A stretch of DNA of 64,000 nucleotides from Coxiellaceae bacterium UBA6002 (GTDB taxonomy: Bacteria; Pseudomonadota; Gammaproteobacteria; UBA6002), in contig DJAM01000060.1 of the NCBI GenBank assembly GCA_002429595.1, positions 1,636 to 65,635 of the forward strand, given 5' to 3'. Positions within the stretch are counted from its first letter, which is position 1; every line of letters starts with the position of its first letter. The notes below the pieces were generated by a model that did no database searches, was not told where the DNA came from, and was given only the letters and a program-made list of their open reading frames with translations. This document shows, in pieces, positions 55,511 through 64,000 of the stretch. A program made the translations under genes and the position numbers.

Positions 55511-58500
55511 ATGTTAAATAGATTAATAGATTTTGCTGTCTATAACCGCTTAATAGTTGTGTTGATGTTACTAGGCGCCTTGGTAGGTGGCGCTATGATA
55601 TTGCCGCGTCTTAATTTAGATGCATTTCCTGACGTCACTAACGTCCAAGTTGTTATTAACACTCAAGCCCCTGGACTCGCTGCTGAGGAAGTCGAGCAGC
55701 TAATTAGTTATCCTGTAGAAGCAGTGATGTATTCCTTACCTAATGTGGAAGAAGTACGTTCTATTTCTAAAGTGGGTTTGTCAGTAGTGACTGTCGTGTT
55801 CAAAGACAGCGTTGATATTTATTTTGCTCGCCAGCAAGTCTTTGAGCGTCTCCAAGCTGCTCGTGAAAAAATTCCACCGGGGATGGGTACCCCTGAAATG
55901 GGACCTAATACATCTGGTCTTGGTCAAGTCTTCCAGTACATTTTGCGCACTGATAACCCCCAAAAATATGACTTGATGGCCTTGCGAGGTTTAAATGACT
56001 GGGTAGTAAAACTTTTATTGGCTCCTGTTGATGGAGTTACCAATGTATTATCGTTTGGCGGTCAAGTTCGCCAGTATCAAGTGCAAGTCGATCCAGCGCG
56101 ATTACTTGCCTACCGTCTTACCATTGAAGACATTGTCAATTCCATCGAAGAAAACAACCACAATGCTGGAGGTTGGTATTTAGATCGCGGTTCAGAGCAA
56201 TTGACCATTCGAGGTTTTGGATGGGTGCGTAGTGGCAATGGTGGCTTGCAAGACATTGCTAACATTCCGATTAAGGACAAGGATGGTGTAGTCGTTCGTG
56301 TCCGTAATGTTGCACAAGTTACCTATGGCAGTGAAATTCGCCAGGGTGCTGTTACCCTGACGAATCGCAATGCAAAAGGTCAACCCCAAGCATTGGGTGA
56401 AGTCGTCGCAGGAATTGTGTTAAAACGTATTGGAGCCAATACCAAAGCTACTATTGATGGGGTTGAAAAAAAAATCCCAATTATTCAGAAAGCATTACCA
56501 CCAGGAGTGCGACTTGAAACTGTATATGACCAAGCCGATTTAATTCAACAAGCGGTCAACACCGTTGTTAAGGCACTGATCGAAGCTTTCATCCTAATTT
56601 TTGTCGTGTTATTTCTTTTTTTGATGAATTTGCGTGCAACTTTACTGGTGCTTATCTCAGTGCCTATTTCTGTTGGGCTTGCTCTTATGGCAATGGCCTA
56701 TTGGGACATTTCAGCAAATCTCATGTCACTAGGAGGATTAGCAATAGCAATTGGGATGATGGTTGATGGTTCTGTCGTGATGATGGAGAATATCTTTAAG
56801 CATCTAAGTCAGCCTGGTTCCAACCATCCTTCAACAGAGCCAACAGGCGAAGCCAATGATTCCATTATAGAAGCTAATCATGCAATCCCTTTACGCATTC
56901 AAGAAGCTGCTCGAGAAGTAGGAAGACCCGTTTTTTTCGCCGTGCTTATCATTGTGGTGGTCTTTACACCTTTATTTAGTTTGCAAGGTGTTGAAGGAAA
57001 ATTATTCCACCCAATGGCAATTAGTATTGTGTTAGCGATGTTAGCGTCTTTAATTGTTGCAATGATGGTTGTTCCAGCATTAGCAACTTTTTGCTATAAA
57101 GGTAGGGTCAAATATCGTAAAAGCCCGGTATTGCATCCTATTAAAAAATATTACAAGCCACTACTTACTAAAACACTGGCTCACCCTAAACTGGTTATCA
57201 TTACTGTGGTCAGTTTATTCCTGGCTTCACTCTTACTTTTACCTTTTTTGGGTGCAGAATTTGTTCCTGAGCTTGAAGAGGGAACTTTTAATATACGTGT
57301 AACGCTAGCGCCATCAGCAAATTTAGAAACAGCTCTTAAGGTAGCAAGTACACTTGAGCAAGAACTCATGACTTTTCCAGAAGTGACTTATGCGTCTAGT
57401 CGAATAGGGCGACCTGAATTAGGTGGTGATCCCGAGCCTGTTTCTAACATAGAAATTTATGTGGGCTTAAAGCCTGTAAAACAATGGGTATCTGCTAAGA
57501 ATCGTCAGAGGTTACAGAGCCTCATGGAAAAGAAAATGTCAGCGTATCCTGGATTACTATTTGCTTTTTCCCAACCGATTGCCAGTCGAGTTGATGAGCT
57601 ATTGTCTGGAGTGCGTGCACAATTGGCGGTGAAATTATTTGGTCCTGATTTAGCTATCCTCGCAGAAAAAGGACAAGAGATAGAGAGAGTAATAAAAAAA
57701 ATAAAAGGGACACGAGATGTGGCTATGGAGCAGATTACAGGTGAAGGCCAACTTGTTATCAAGCCAGATAGAGAAGCCTTAATGCGATATGGGATCTCAG
57801 TTGCCCAAGTGATGTCTCTTATTTCCGATGCCATTGGAGGTAAAACAGCGGGCCAAGTGATCAATGGCAATGAACGGTATGATATTTATGTACGGTTAGC
57901 TAAGCCTTATCGTGATAGTATGGACGCGATTAATAACCTCATTCTACAATCACCAAACGGCGCTTGGGTTCGCTTGATTGATATAGCAAGCGTCAAAATA
58001 GAATCTGCCCCACCGCAAATTAGGCGAGATGATGTCCAACGCCGTGTTGTGATTCAGGCCAATGTGTCAGGGCGTGACATGGGGAGTGTGGTATCGGAGA
58101 TACAGCAACGTCTTGAGAAAGAAGTTAAATTACCCTCTGGTTATTCAGTTACTTATGGTGGGCAATTTGAAAATCAGCAACGTGCTCAAGCAAGACTGAT
58201 GATTGTGGTGCCAATTTCACTAGCACTTATTTTCTTGCTACTTTATTTCGCTTTTAATTCCGTGGGACAAGCGCTCCTAGTGATGATCAATGTACCGTTA
58301 GCCTTGATTGGGGGTATTATCGCCTTATTTATCTCGGGCCAATATCTTTCTGTTCCCGGTTCGATCGGTTTTATTGCTCTTTTCGGGATTGCTGTTTTAA
58401 ACGGTGTGGTATTAGTGAATGCCATTAACCAAAATAAACAAGATGGGATGCAAGTTGATAAAGCTGTATTTATGGGAGCACTATCACGGTTACGCCCTGT

Positions 58501-58690
58501 TTTAATGACAGCAGCTATTACGGCGTTGGGTTTAATACCGATGTTACTAGCGCGTGGAATCGGTGCTGAAATTCAACGGCCCTTAGCTACGGTTGTAGTA
58601 GGTGGATTGATTTCCTCAACAGCGCTTACTTTATTAGTGCTACCTGTACTCTATGCTTATTTTTTTAAAGATGTATCCAATAATAATTAA
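55511..58690 (+). CDS. Heavy-metal-efflux RND inner-membrane pump (CusA/CzcA family; Legionella HelA-like)
   Basis: 1059 aa with 12-TM RND topology. TM4 motif GGLAIAIGMMVDGSVVMMEN. Confidence 0.9.
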   Translation: MLNRLIDFAVYNRLIVVLMLLGALVGGAMILPRLNLDAFPDVTNVQVVINTQAPGLAAEEVEQLISYPVEAVMYSLPNVEEVRSISKVGLSVVTVVFKDSVDIYFARQQVFERLQAAREKIPPGMGTPEMGPNTSGLGQVFQYILRTDNPQKYDLMALRGLNDWVVKLLLAPVDGVTNVLSFGGQVRQYQVQVDPARLLAYRLTIEDIVNSIEENNHNAGGWYLDRGSEQLTIRGFGWVRSGNGGLQDIANIPIKDKDGVVVRVRNVAQVTYGSEIRQGAVTLTNRNAKGQPQALGEVVAGIVLKRIGANTKATIDGVEKKIPIIQKALPPGVRLETVYDQADLIQQAVNTVVKALIEAFILIFVVLFLFLMNLRATLLVLISVPISVGLALMAMAYWDISANLMSLGGLAIAIGMMVDGSVVMMENIFKHLSQPGSNHPSTEPTGEANDSIIEANHAIPLRIQEAAREVGRPVFFAVLIIVVVFTPLFSLQGVEGKLFHPMAISIVLAMLASLIVAMMVVPALATFCYKGRVKYRKSPVLHPIKKYYKPLLTKTLAHPKLVIITVVSLFLASLLLLPFLGAEFVPELEEGTFNIRVTLAPSANLETALKVASTLEQELMTFPEVTYASSRIGRPELGGDPEPVSNIEIYVGLKPVKQWVSAKNRQRLQSLMEKKMSAYPGLLFAFSQPIASRVDELLSGVRAQLAVKLFGPDLAILAEKGQEIERVIKKIKGTRDVAMEQITGEGQLVIKPDREALMRYGISVAQVMSLISDAIGGKTAGQVINGNERYDIYVRLAKPYRDSMDAINNLILQSPNGAWVRLIDIASVKIESAPPQIRRDDVQRRVVIQANVSGRDMGSVVSEIQQRLEKEVKLPSGYSVTYGGQFENQQRAQARLMIVVPISLALIFLLLYFAFNSVGQALLVMINVPLALIGGIIALFISGQYLSVPGSIGFIALFGIAVLNGVVLVNAINQNKQDGMQVDKAVFMGALSRLRPVLMTAAITALGLIPMLLARGIGAEIQRPLATVVVGGLISSTALTLLVLPVLYAYFFKDVSNNN

Positions 58691-61387
58691 AATTTATGGA
58701 TGTTACTTTTACTAAGCTGGATGAAAGAAATTTTTGTTTCATCTGATACAAACCTTTGTACTTGTATATTCTGAAACAATAACAATGTCAATTCGGTTTC
58801 AATTAGATATAAACTGGCAGAGTTAATATTATCTTTTTAACGATAAGATGAAATATGCATGAATCAAAAGAGCACGATAGTACTACCTTCAGTCAAGCGA
58901 TGGAATTTAGCAAGAGCGGTAACCATAAAGCCGCGATTCCCTTGTTTAAGCGTGTTATCACTGAACGCCCAAAGTCTGGGTTTGTTTGTCTTTGCTTAGC
59001 CCGTTCTTATCAAGCAACAGCCAGCATAGCTTGGCAATTGAAAGTTATAATAGAATGATTGAAAAGAAGCTACAGCTCCATTATTAGTTGATGCTCGTTC
59101 AAAATAAACATTACCGTAACCTTTGATAATTTTAGCATTCACATTCAAAAAGTGATTTGAATAAGCAAAAAAAATATAGTTTTCAGCAGGTTAGCATGAA
59201 ATAATCTCTCAATTAGGGACCTAAATTAGTGAGATGTCACCAAAGAGAACCAAAATGCCAACTACGACTTTTGTTATACCTAAGATGGACTGCCCTACAG
59301 AAGAAAAACTGATTCAAAACCAGTTACACTCAGTTGCAGGCATTCAAGAGTTAAAATTCAATCTTATCCAACAAGAATTGACCATAACCTACCAAGAGTT
59401 GGATGTTCCAACTATCCAAAAAATGCTTGCTGATCTAGGGATGGAATCGCAAATAAAAAGTTCCTCCTACACCAGTGGGAATCTAAGTCTGCTTCAAACA
59501 AACGTAAGCTATTGGGATTGGATAGTACTTGGAATTTCAGGATTGTTGGCTGTTGTCGCTGAAATTTTCGCTTATGCCACAAATACTGAAAATTCTCCTT
59601 TAATTATTATACTTGCCTTAGCGTCGATGTTGGTGGGAGGCCGCCAAGTTTTTATTAAAGGACTGCGCGCAGTTCGTTATTTCACGCTTAATATGAATTT
59701 TTTGATGACGATAGCTATAGTGGGCGCCGTGACGATTGGGGAGTGGCCAGAAGCTGCAATGGTAACTTTTCTTTTTGCTCTTGCTGAAATGATAGAAGGT
59801 TATTCACTTGATAAGGCAAGACACGCTATTCGTGAATTAATGGAGATTACCCCTGATGTTGCTACGGTAAGAACTGTTGATGGTAAATGGGAGATAAAGC
59901 CTGCTAATAAAATTCAATTAAATGACATTATCTGGGTTAAGCCTGGCGAGCGAATACCATTAGATGGCATAGTTATCAAAGGACAATCTAGTGTTAATCA
60001 GGCTCCCATTACTGGGGAGTCATTTCCAATAGAAAAAAGCAAAGGTGATACTGTATTTGCAGGCTCCATTAACGAACGCGGATCGTTTGAGTTCAAAGTT
60101 ACAGTGCCTATAAATGAAACGTTAATTGCAAAAATTATTCGAGCCGTTCAGCAAGCACAGGCGGAACGAGCACCTACACAGCGATTCGTGGATCAATTTG
60201 CTAAGTACTACACACCCTGTATGGTGCTACTAGCTGTCTTAATTGCAACCATGCCTACACTATTATTAGGTGCATCTTTTTACCCTTGGTTTTATAAAGC
60301 ATTAGTACTTTTAGTTATTGCCTGTCCTTGTGCACTTGTTATCTCAACACCTGTAACCATTGTCAGCGGTTTAGCTGCGGCTGCTAAGCAGGGCATTTTG
60401 ATTAAGGGTGGTACTTATTTGGAAAAAGGTTATCGACTTAAAGCAATTGCATTTGATAAAACGGGTACTTTGACACATGGCCGACCAGAAGTTACCGACA
60501 TAATTTCCACTTCAGAGTTATCGGAGATTGATGTACTGAATTTGGCAGCCAGTCTCGAGTCACATTCAGAACACCCTGTAGCTGAAGCAATGTTACAACG
60601 ATGGAAAAAGCTAAACCTTCCAAAAGATTTATTGACTGTAAATAATTTTGAAGCCATCCCTGGACGCGGAATAGTAGGAAACATTGAAGGGCATAATTAT
60701 TTTTTAGGCAATCACCGTTTTGCAGAAGAAAAGGGAGTTTGTAACACACAGATAGAATCGATATTAAAGGGATTAGAGCGACAAGGTAAAACGACGATTG
60801 TCTTAGGGAATCAAGAAAAAACGTTGGCTATATTAGCCGTTACTGATACGTTGCGGGAAAGTAGTAGTCAGGCTATTAAATCACTGCATAAGCTTGGCAT
60901 AACAACAGCAATGATTACAGGCGATAATGCCACCACCGCCCAAGCAATTGCAAAATCTCTAGAGATAGATGATGTACAAGCTAATTTGCTTCCACAAGAA
61001 AAATTATCTGCTATGGATAGCCTTCTAAAAAAATACGGCTCAGTAGGGATGGTCGGTGATGGTATTAACGACGCTCCAGCACTTGCTAAAGCCTCTATTG
61101 GTTTTGCAATGGGAAATGCGGGAACAGATGTTGCTTTAGAAACAGCAGATGTCGCATTGATGGAAGATAATCTAAGCAAGCTGCTCCTATTTATAGTACT
61201 TAGTCGTCGCACTTGGTATAAGCTCATTGAAAATATTAGTTTGTCGATAGGAATTAAAGTTATATTTTTTATTTTAGCTCTGCTAGGGGTCGCTACCCTT
61301 TGGACAGCAGTATTTGCCGATATGGGTGCGAGTCTAATCGTAGTGTTGAATGGCTTATCTCTATTAAAGTATGGAAAGAAGCGGTAG
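57828..61387 (+). repeat. Diverged duplicate module, copy 2 (intact RND 3' end + Zn/Cd ATPase)
   Basis: Collinear with 24432-27630. The intergenic spacer is longer here (543 versus 222 bp). Confidence 0.85.
59234..61387 (+). CDS. P1B-2 type (Zn/Cd/Pb) heavy-metal-translocating ATPase
   Basis: PKMDCPTEE HMA-type N-terminus, CPC, DKTGTLT, GDGINDAPAL, NISLSIGIK and DMGASLIVVLN. Confidence 0.9.
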   Translation: MSPKRTKMPTTTFVIPKMDCPTEEKLIQNQLHSVAGIQELKFNLIQQELTITYQELDVPTIQKMLADLGMESQIKSSSYTSGNLSLLQTNVSYWDWIVLGISGLLAVVAEIFAYATNTENSPLIIILALASMLVGGRQVFIKGLRAVRYFTLNMNFLMTIAIVGAVTIGEWPEAAMVTFLFALAEMIEGYSLDKARHAIRELMEITPDVATVRTVDGKWEIKPANKIQLNDIIWVKPGERIPLDGIVIKGQSSVNQAPITGESFPIEKSKGDTVFAGSINERGSFEFKVTVPINETLIAKIIRAVQQAQAERAPTQRFVDQFAKYYTPCMVLLAVLIATMPTLLLGASFYPWFYKALVLLVIACPCALVISTPVTIVSGLAAAAKQGILIKGGTYLEKGYRLKAIAFDKTGTLTHGRPEVTDIISTSELSEIDVLNLAASLESHSEHPVAEAMLQRWKKLNLPKDLLTVNNFEAIPGRGIVGNIEGHNYFLGNHRFAEEKGVCNTQIESILKGLERQGKTTIVLGNQEKTLAILAVTDTLRESSSQAIKSLHKLGITTAMITGDNATTAQAIAKSLEIDDVQANLLPQEKLSAMDSLLKKYGSVGMVGDGINDAPALAKASIGFAMGNAGTDVALETADVALMEDNLSKLLLFIVLSRRTWYKLIENISLSIGIKVIFFILALLGVATLWTAVFADMGASLIVVLNGLSLLKYGKKR

Positions 61388-61392
61388 TGAAC

Positions 61393-62349
61393 ATGCAAAA
61401 AATTAGGGGAGTACTGGAGAACTGGCAAATCGCTATTTACTTTGGCACGGTTGTTGTGGCAACAATAATTGCTTTGCTCGTGCTGAACACAACGGCTCTT
61501 GAGGCCGGTGTCAATCCCGCATTAGCTCTGATGCTGTTTGTGACTTTCCTCCAAGTACCACTTGCTGATCTCAAGCAAGCATTTGTACGCGTTCGCTTCC
61601 TTGCAGCTCTACTTATTGTGAATTTCATTGTGGTTCCACTTTTCGTGACTCTACTGATGCAGTTCCTTTCCGCTGACCCTATGGTACGATTCGGCGTGTT
61701 GCTGGTTTTACTTACACCCTGTATCGACTACGTTGTGACCTTCGCGCATCTTGGTCGAGCTGACGCTCGTTTATTGTTGGCGGCTACACCCGTTCTGCTA
61801 CTCGTTCAAATGTTTCTGCTGCCTGTTTATCTTGGGCTGTTCCTTGGCGAAAATGCTGCCCACTTGGTCCAGCTAAATCCTTTCATTCATGCATTCGTGT
61901 GGCTGATTGCCATTCCGCTCCTGCTCGCCGCCTTAGTGCAGCTATGGGCGGCAAGGAGTCGAATAGGCAAGCGGGTTTTAGCAGTCCTCGGATTGCTTCC
62001 GGTACTAGCGACGGCTTTTGTGCTATTCGTAGTCATTGCGTCTGTAGTGCCACAGCTTGGCCTGGCGATAGACGCAACTTTGCTAGTGATTCCAATCTAC
62101 ATCATCTTTGCTATAGTCACACCATTGTTGGGAAAGTTTGTTGCTTGGATGTTCAGACTTGATGCTCCCGCCGGTCGGACGATCGCTTTCAGCACTAGCA
62201 CACGCAATTCACTTGTGATCCTGCCACTAGCCTTTGCGGTACCGGGTGCTGTTCCTGTACTCCCGGCGATTATCGTCACTCAGACACTGGTGGAACTGAT
62301 AAGCGAATTGGTATATGTGCGTTTAATTCCAAAACTCATTAAGTCGTGA
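61393..62349 (+). CDS. BASS/ACR3-superfamily permease (family often annotated as arsenic resistance protein or bile acid:sodium symporter)
   Basis: 318 aa polytopic membrane protein with an STRNS-like motif. ATG 61393 lies 5 nt after the ATPase stop. Visibly GC-richer than its neighbours. Confidence 0.5.
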   Translation: MQKIRGVLENWQIAIYFGTVVVATIIALLVLNTTALEAGVNPALALMLFVTFLQVPLADLKQAFVRVRFLAALLIVNFIVVPLFVTLLMQFLSADPMVRFGVLLVLLTPCIDYVVTFAHLGRADARLLLAATPVLLLVQMFLLPVYLGLFLGENAAHLVQLNPFIHAFVWLIAIPLLLAALVQLWAARSRIGKRVLAVLGLLPVLATAFVLFVVIASVVPQLGLAIDATLLVIPIYIIFAIVTPLLGKFVAWMFRLDAPAGRTIAFSTSTRNSLVILPLAFAVPGAVPVLPAIIVTQTLVELISELVYVRLIPKLIKS

Positions 62350-62417
62350 ATATATGATTGACTCAGACAAAAGATTTACAGGTTGCGCTATCAAAAACAA
62401 AGAGTAATTAATAAAAA

Positions 62418-63488
62418 ATGACACAAAAAAAGTTTCATAATATTGGCTATTTTTATGCCCTTACCTCTGCAGTGTTGTTTGGTGCCAGCACCCCTGCAGC
62501 CAAGTATTTACTTGGTGCAATAGATCCTTGGTTGCTAGCAGGATTGTTATATGCGGGTTCGGGATTTGGACTTTGGTTTATTTTAATCTTTAGAAAAATG
62601 TTACTAAAAGAACCGTCTAAGGAAGCAAGACTCGATTATCAAGACTGGAAGTGGTTAGTCGGTTCTATTCTGTTTGGTGGTGTTTTAGCGCCAGTACTTT
62701 TAATGTATGGCTTGAGAAGCATTAATGCTTCTACAGGATCATTACTGCTAAACCTTGAAAGCGTATTTACTGCGATTATCGCTTGGAACATTGTTAAGGA
62801 ACATACAAATAAACGATTAGTATTGGGTATGTTGTTAATTGTAGCTGGCGGGATTGTACTTACCTTAAGTAGTCGTCTTAATTTAACTAATCTACTTGGC
62901 GTGTTATTAATTGTAGGTGCATGTTTAGGCTGGGGAGTTGATAATAATTTAACTCGCCATATTTCTAGAGCGGATCCATTGCAAATTGTTGCTGTGAAAG
63001 GGATAGCAGCTGGGTGTGTGAATCTTTTACTTGCAATGTTTTTTGGTGTCACTCTGTCTCATCATTTAATTGTATATGTTGGAGGTGCAATAGTAGGATT
63101 TACGGGTTATGGGCTGAGTATAGTTTGTTTCATTCTAGGCCTGCGTCATATTGGTACGGGTCGGACCAGTGCTTCATTTTCTCTTGCTCCCTTTATAGGT
63201 GCTGCTCTATCTATTTTATTTCTTGGCGAATCTTTATCTATCCAATTAATAATTGCCGGTATTTTAATGGGGTGGGGGATATGGCTACATTTAACAGAAC
63301 AACATGAACATGAACACCTACATGAATCGCTCATACATGAGCATAAACATTACCATGATGAGCATCATCAGCATACACATTTACCAACTGATCCGAAGGG
63401 TGAACCTCATAGTCATGTGCATGAACACAGGCCTTTAATTCATAGTCATCCACATTACCCAGATATTCACCATCGTCATGATCATTAA
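62418..63488 (+). CDS. EamA/DMT-family transporter with a 66-residue histidine-rich C-terminal tail
   Basis: Ten TM helices in two EamA halves. The tail HLTEQHEHEHLHESLIHEHKHYHDEHHQHTH...HSHPHYPDIHHRHDH contains 24 His (nt 63288-63485). Confidence 0.8.
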   Translation: MTQKKFHNIGYFYALTSAVLFGASTPAAKYLLGAIDPWLLAGLLYAGSGFGLWFILIFRKMLLKEPSKEARLDYQDWKWLVGSILFGGVLAPVLLMYGLRSINASTGSLLLNLESVFTAIIAWNIVKEHTNKRLVLGMLLIVAGGIVLTLSSRLNLTNLLGVLLIVGACLGWGVDNNLTRHISRADPLQIVAVKGIAAGCVNLLLAMFFGVTLSHHLIVYVGGAIVGFTGYGLSIVCFILGLRHIGTGRTSASFSLAPFIGAALSILFLGESLSIQLIIAGILMGWGIWLHLTEQHEHEHLHESLIHEHKHYHDEHHQHTHLPTDPKGEPHSHVHEHRPLIHSHPHYPDIHHRHDH

Positions 63489-63532
63489 TAATAGTTAAAT
63501 GCGTCTTAAATTTAATAGATAGGAGAATGTAA

Positions 63533-64000
63533 ATGATTTCTTTTAGATTAATGAAAATACTGATTGTCACTAGCACTATACTTTTTGTATCAATATTAAT
63601 GTTTCCTGCATATGGCATCAATTCGAATCTGCATGAATACTTCTATCAAAATTCTAGATCGATTCAAGATATTGGCAGTGAAAAGATTAACCAAATTTTA
63701 CAATACGGTGCATGGCAAACAACGGGTCAAGCTATCACATCAGCTGAAACGAATAATGATGTCAACCCCACACCATTATATAATCAAACTTTACGTGGTG
63801 ATAATGCAGCAGGTGTGAACGCTTTTGCAGACCTTCATTTTGATAAGAATGTTAAAAGGATATTAGATGTTGGTGGTGGTAAATATGATGTTTGTCGTAA
63901 CTACATGAGAACTAAAAATATTGATCTACTCGTATGGGATCCGTATAACCGCTCAAAAGAACATAACGATAGCGTTAAGCTAGCAGTTACAAAGCATAAA
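63533..64000 (+). CDS. Partial ORF (runs off the window): exported or membrane-anchored protein with a SAM-methyltransferase-like motif I
   Basis: Hand-translated. AGGAGA RBS, ATG 63533, hydrophobic N-terminus MISFRLMKILIVTSTILFVSILMFPAYG, later RILDVGGGKYD. No stop before the window end. Confidence 0.45.
   Translation, partial: MISFRLMKILIVTSTILFVSILMFPAYGINSNLHEYFYQNSRSIQDIGSEKINQILQYGAWQTTGQAITSAETNNDVNPTPLYNQTLRGDNAAGVNAFADLHFDKNVKRILDVGGGKYDVCRNYMRTKNIDLLVWDPYNRSKEHNDSVKLAVTKHK

Larger units (their letters stand above)
1..64000. mobile_element. Interior of a conjugative genomic island / ICE or integrated plasmid; element ends lie outside the window
   Basis: Complete VirB/VirD4 mating-pair operon (7969-18085). 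Ti/MOBQ-type relaxase with TraD-like accessory genes (47437-50743). Phage-like replication genes, two type II TA pairs, and mosaic metal/stress cargo with truncated gene remnants and local GC jumps. Confidence 0.7.

Noticed and set aside
58855-59058. 67-aa ORF with a faint TPR-like pattern in the 543-bp spacer between the RND pump and the ATPase.
   Set aside because: It is too short, has no clear RBS and has no counterpart in the duplicate spacer. It may be a gene remnant, but I cannot support a call.
60430-61628. Minus-strand ORFs of 63-186 aa (60430-60684, 60492-60749, 60868-61428, 61437-61628) opposite the second Zn/Cd ATPase and the permease.
   Set aside because: They fully overlap strongly supported + strand genes, and their translations lack motifs.
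63612-63818. 68-aa ORF from the track.
   Set aside because: It is in a different frame from a longer RBS-preceded ORF (63533 onward) that stays open to the window end. No motif.
1-64000. Scan for tRNA, rRNA, att-like direct repeats, integrase or transposase genes.
   Set aside because: No T-arm-like GGTTCGA motifs, no rRNA-like segments and no recombinase motifs were recognised. The element boundaries are probably outside the window.

Overview
This AT-rich window (about 38-40% GC by eye, with a few visibly GC-richer inserts) looks like the interior of a large conjugative genomic island, ICE or integrated plasmid. The host is probably a Legionella-like gammaproteobacterium, judging from PAS-LuxR and mini-LuxR regulators, a VirB/Lvh-type T4SS, an ankyrin protein and hel/czc-like efflux genes. 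Layout: (1) 0.2-7.8 kb holds a cupin, a PAS-LuxR regulator, a phage-like replication module (Cro-like HTH fused to a replisome-organizer-like protein, plus a G39P-like loader), two HTH-only LuxR proteins and two large orphan coiled-coil proteins. (2) 8.0-18.1 kb is a tightly packed virB2-B3-B4-B5-B6-B8-B9-B10-B11-virD4 operon with no virB1 or virB7. (3) 18.2-47.1 kb is mosaic metal/stress cargo. It contains a co-directional eight-gene run of mostly membrane proteins (Usp, DUF2933, ICMT/CzcN-like, UbiB kinase, DUF1003, Cys-rich DUF326), a truncated RND remnant with a Zn/Cd-type P1B ATPase, and a copA(YHS x2)-usp-periplasmic protein-metK operon. It also contains Phd/VapC, an accessory FtsH, a beta-CASP/AMP-phosphorylase-like/Prs-like operon, a CZB-GGDEF cyclase, an ackA'::'ATPase chimeric scar, a multicopper oxidase fused in frame to a CopB-like barrel, and a split YeeE/YedE pair. 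(4) 47.4-50.7 kb is a Ti/MOBQ-type relaxase with divergent TraD-like genes and a candidate oriT. (5) 50.8-64 kb holds an ankyrin protein, a GNAT/RHH toxin-antitoxin pair, an intact HME-RND tripartite pump, a second Zn/Cd ATPase, a GC-rich BASS/ACR3-like permease, a DMT transporter with a very His-rich tail, and a partial exported methyltransferase-like ORF. No rRNA, tRNA, CRISPR, integrase or transposase was recognised. The best leads for something undescribed are the MCO-CopB fusion, the beta-CASP/NMP-phosphorylase/Prs-like operon, the helically phased repeats inside the replication gene, the triplicated two-TM miniprotein family and the eight-gene membrane operon.
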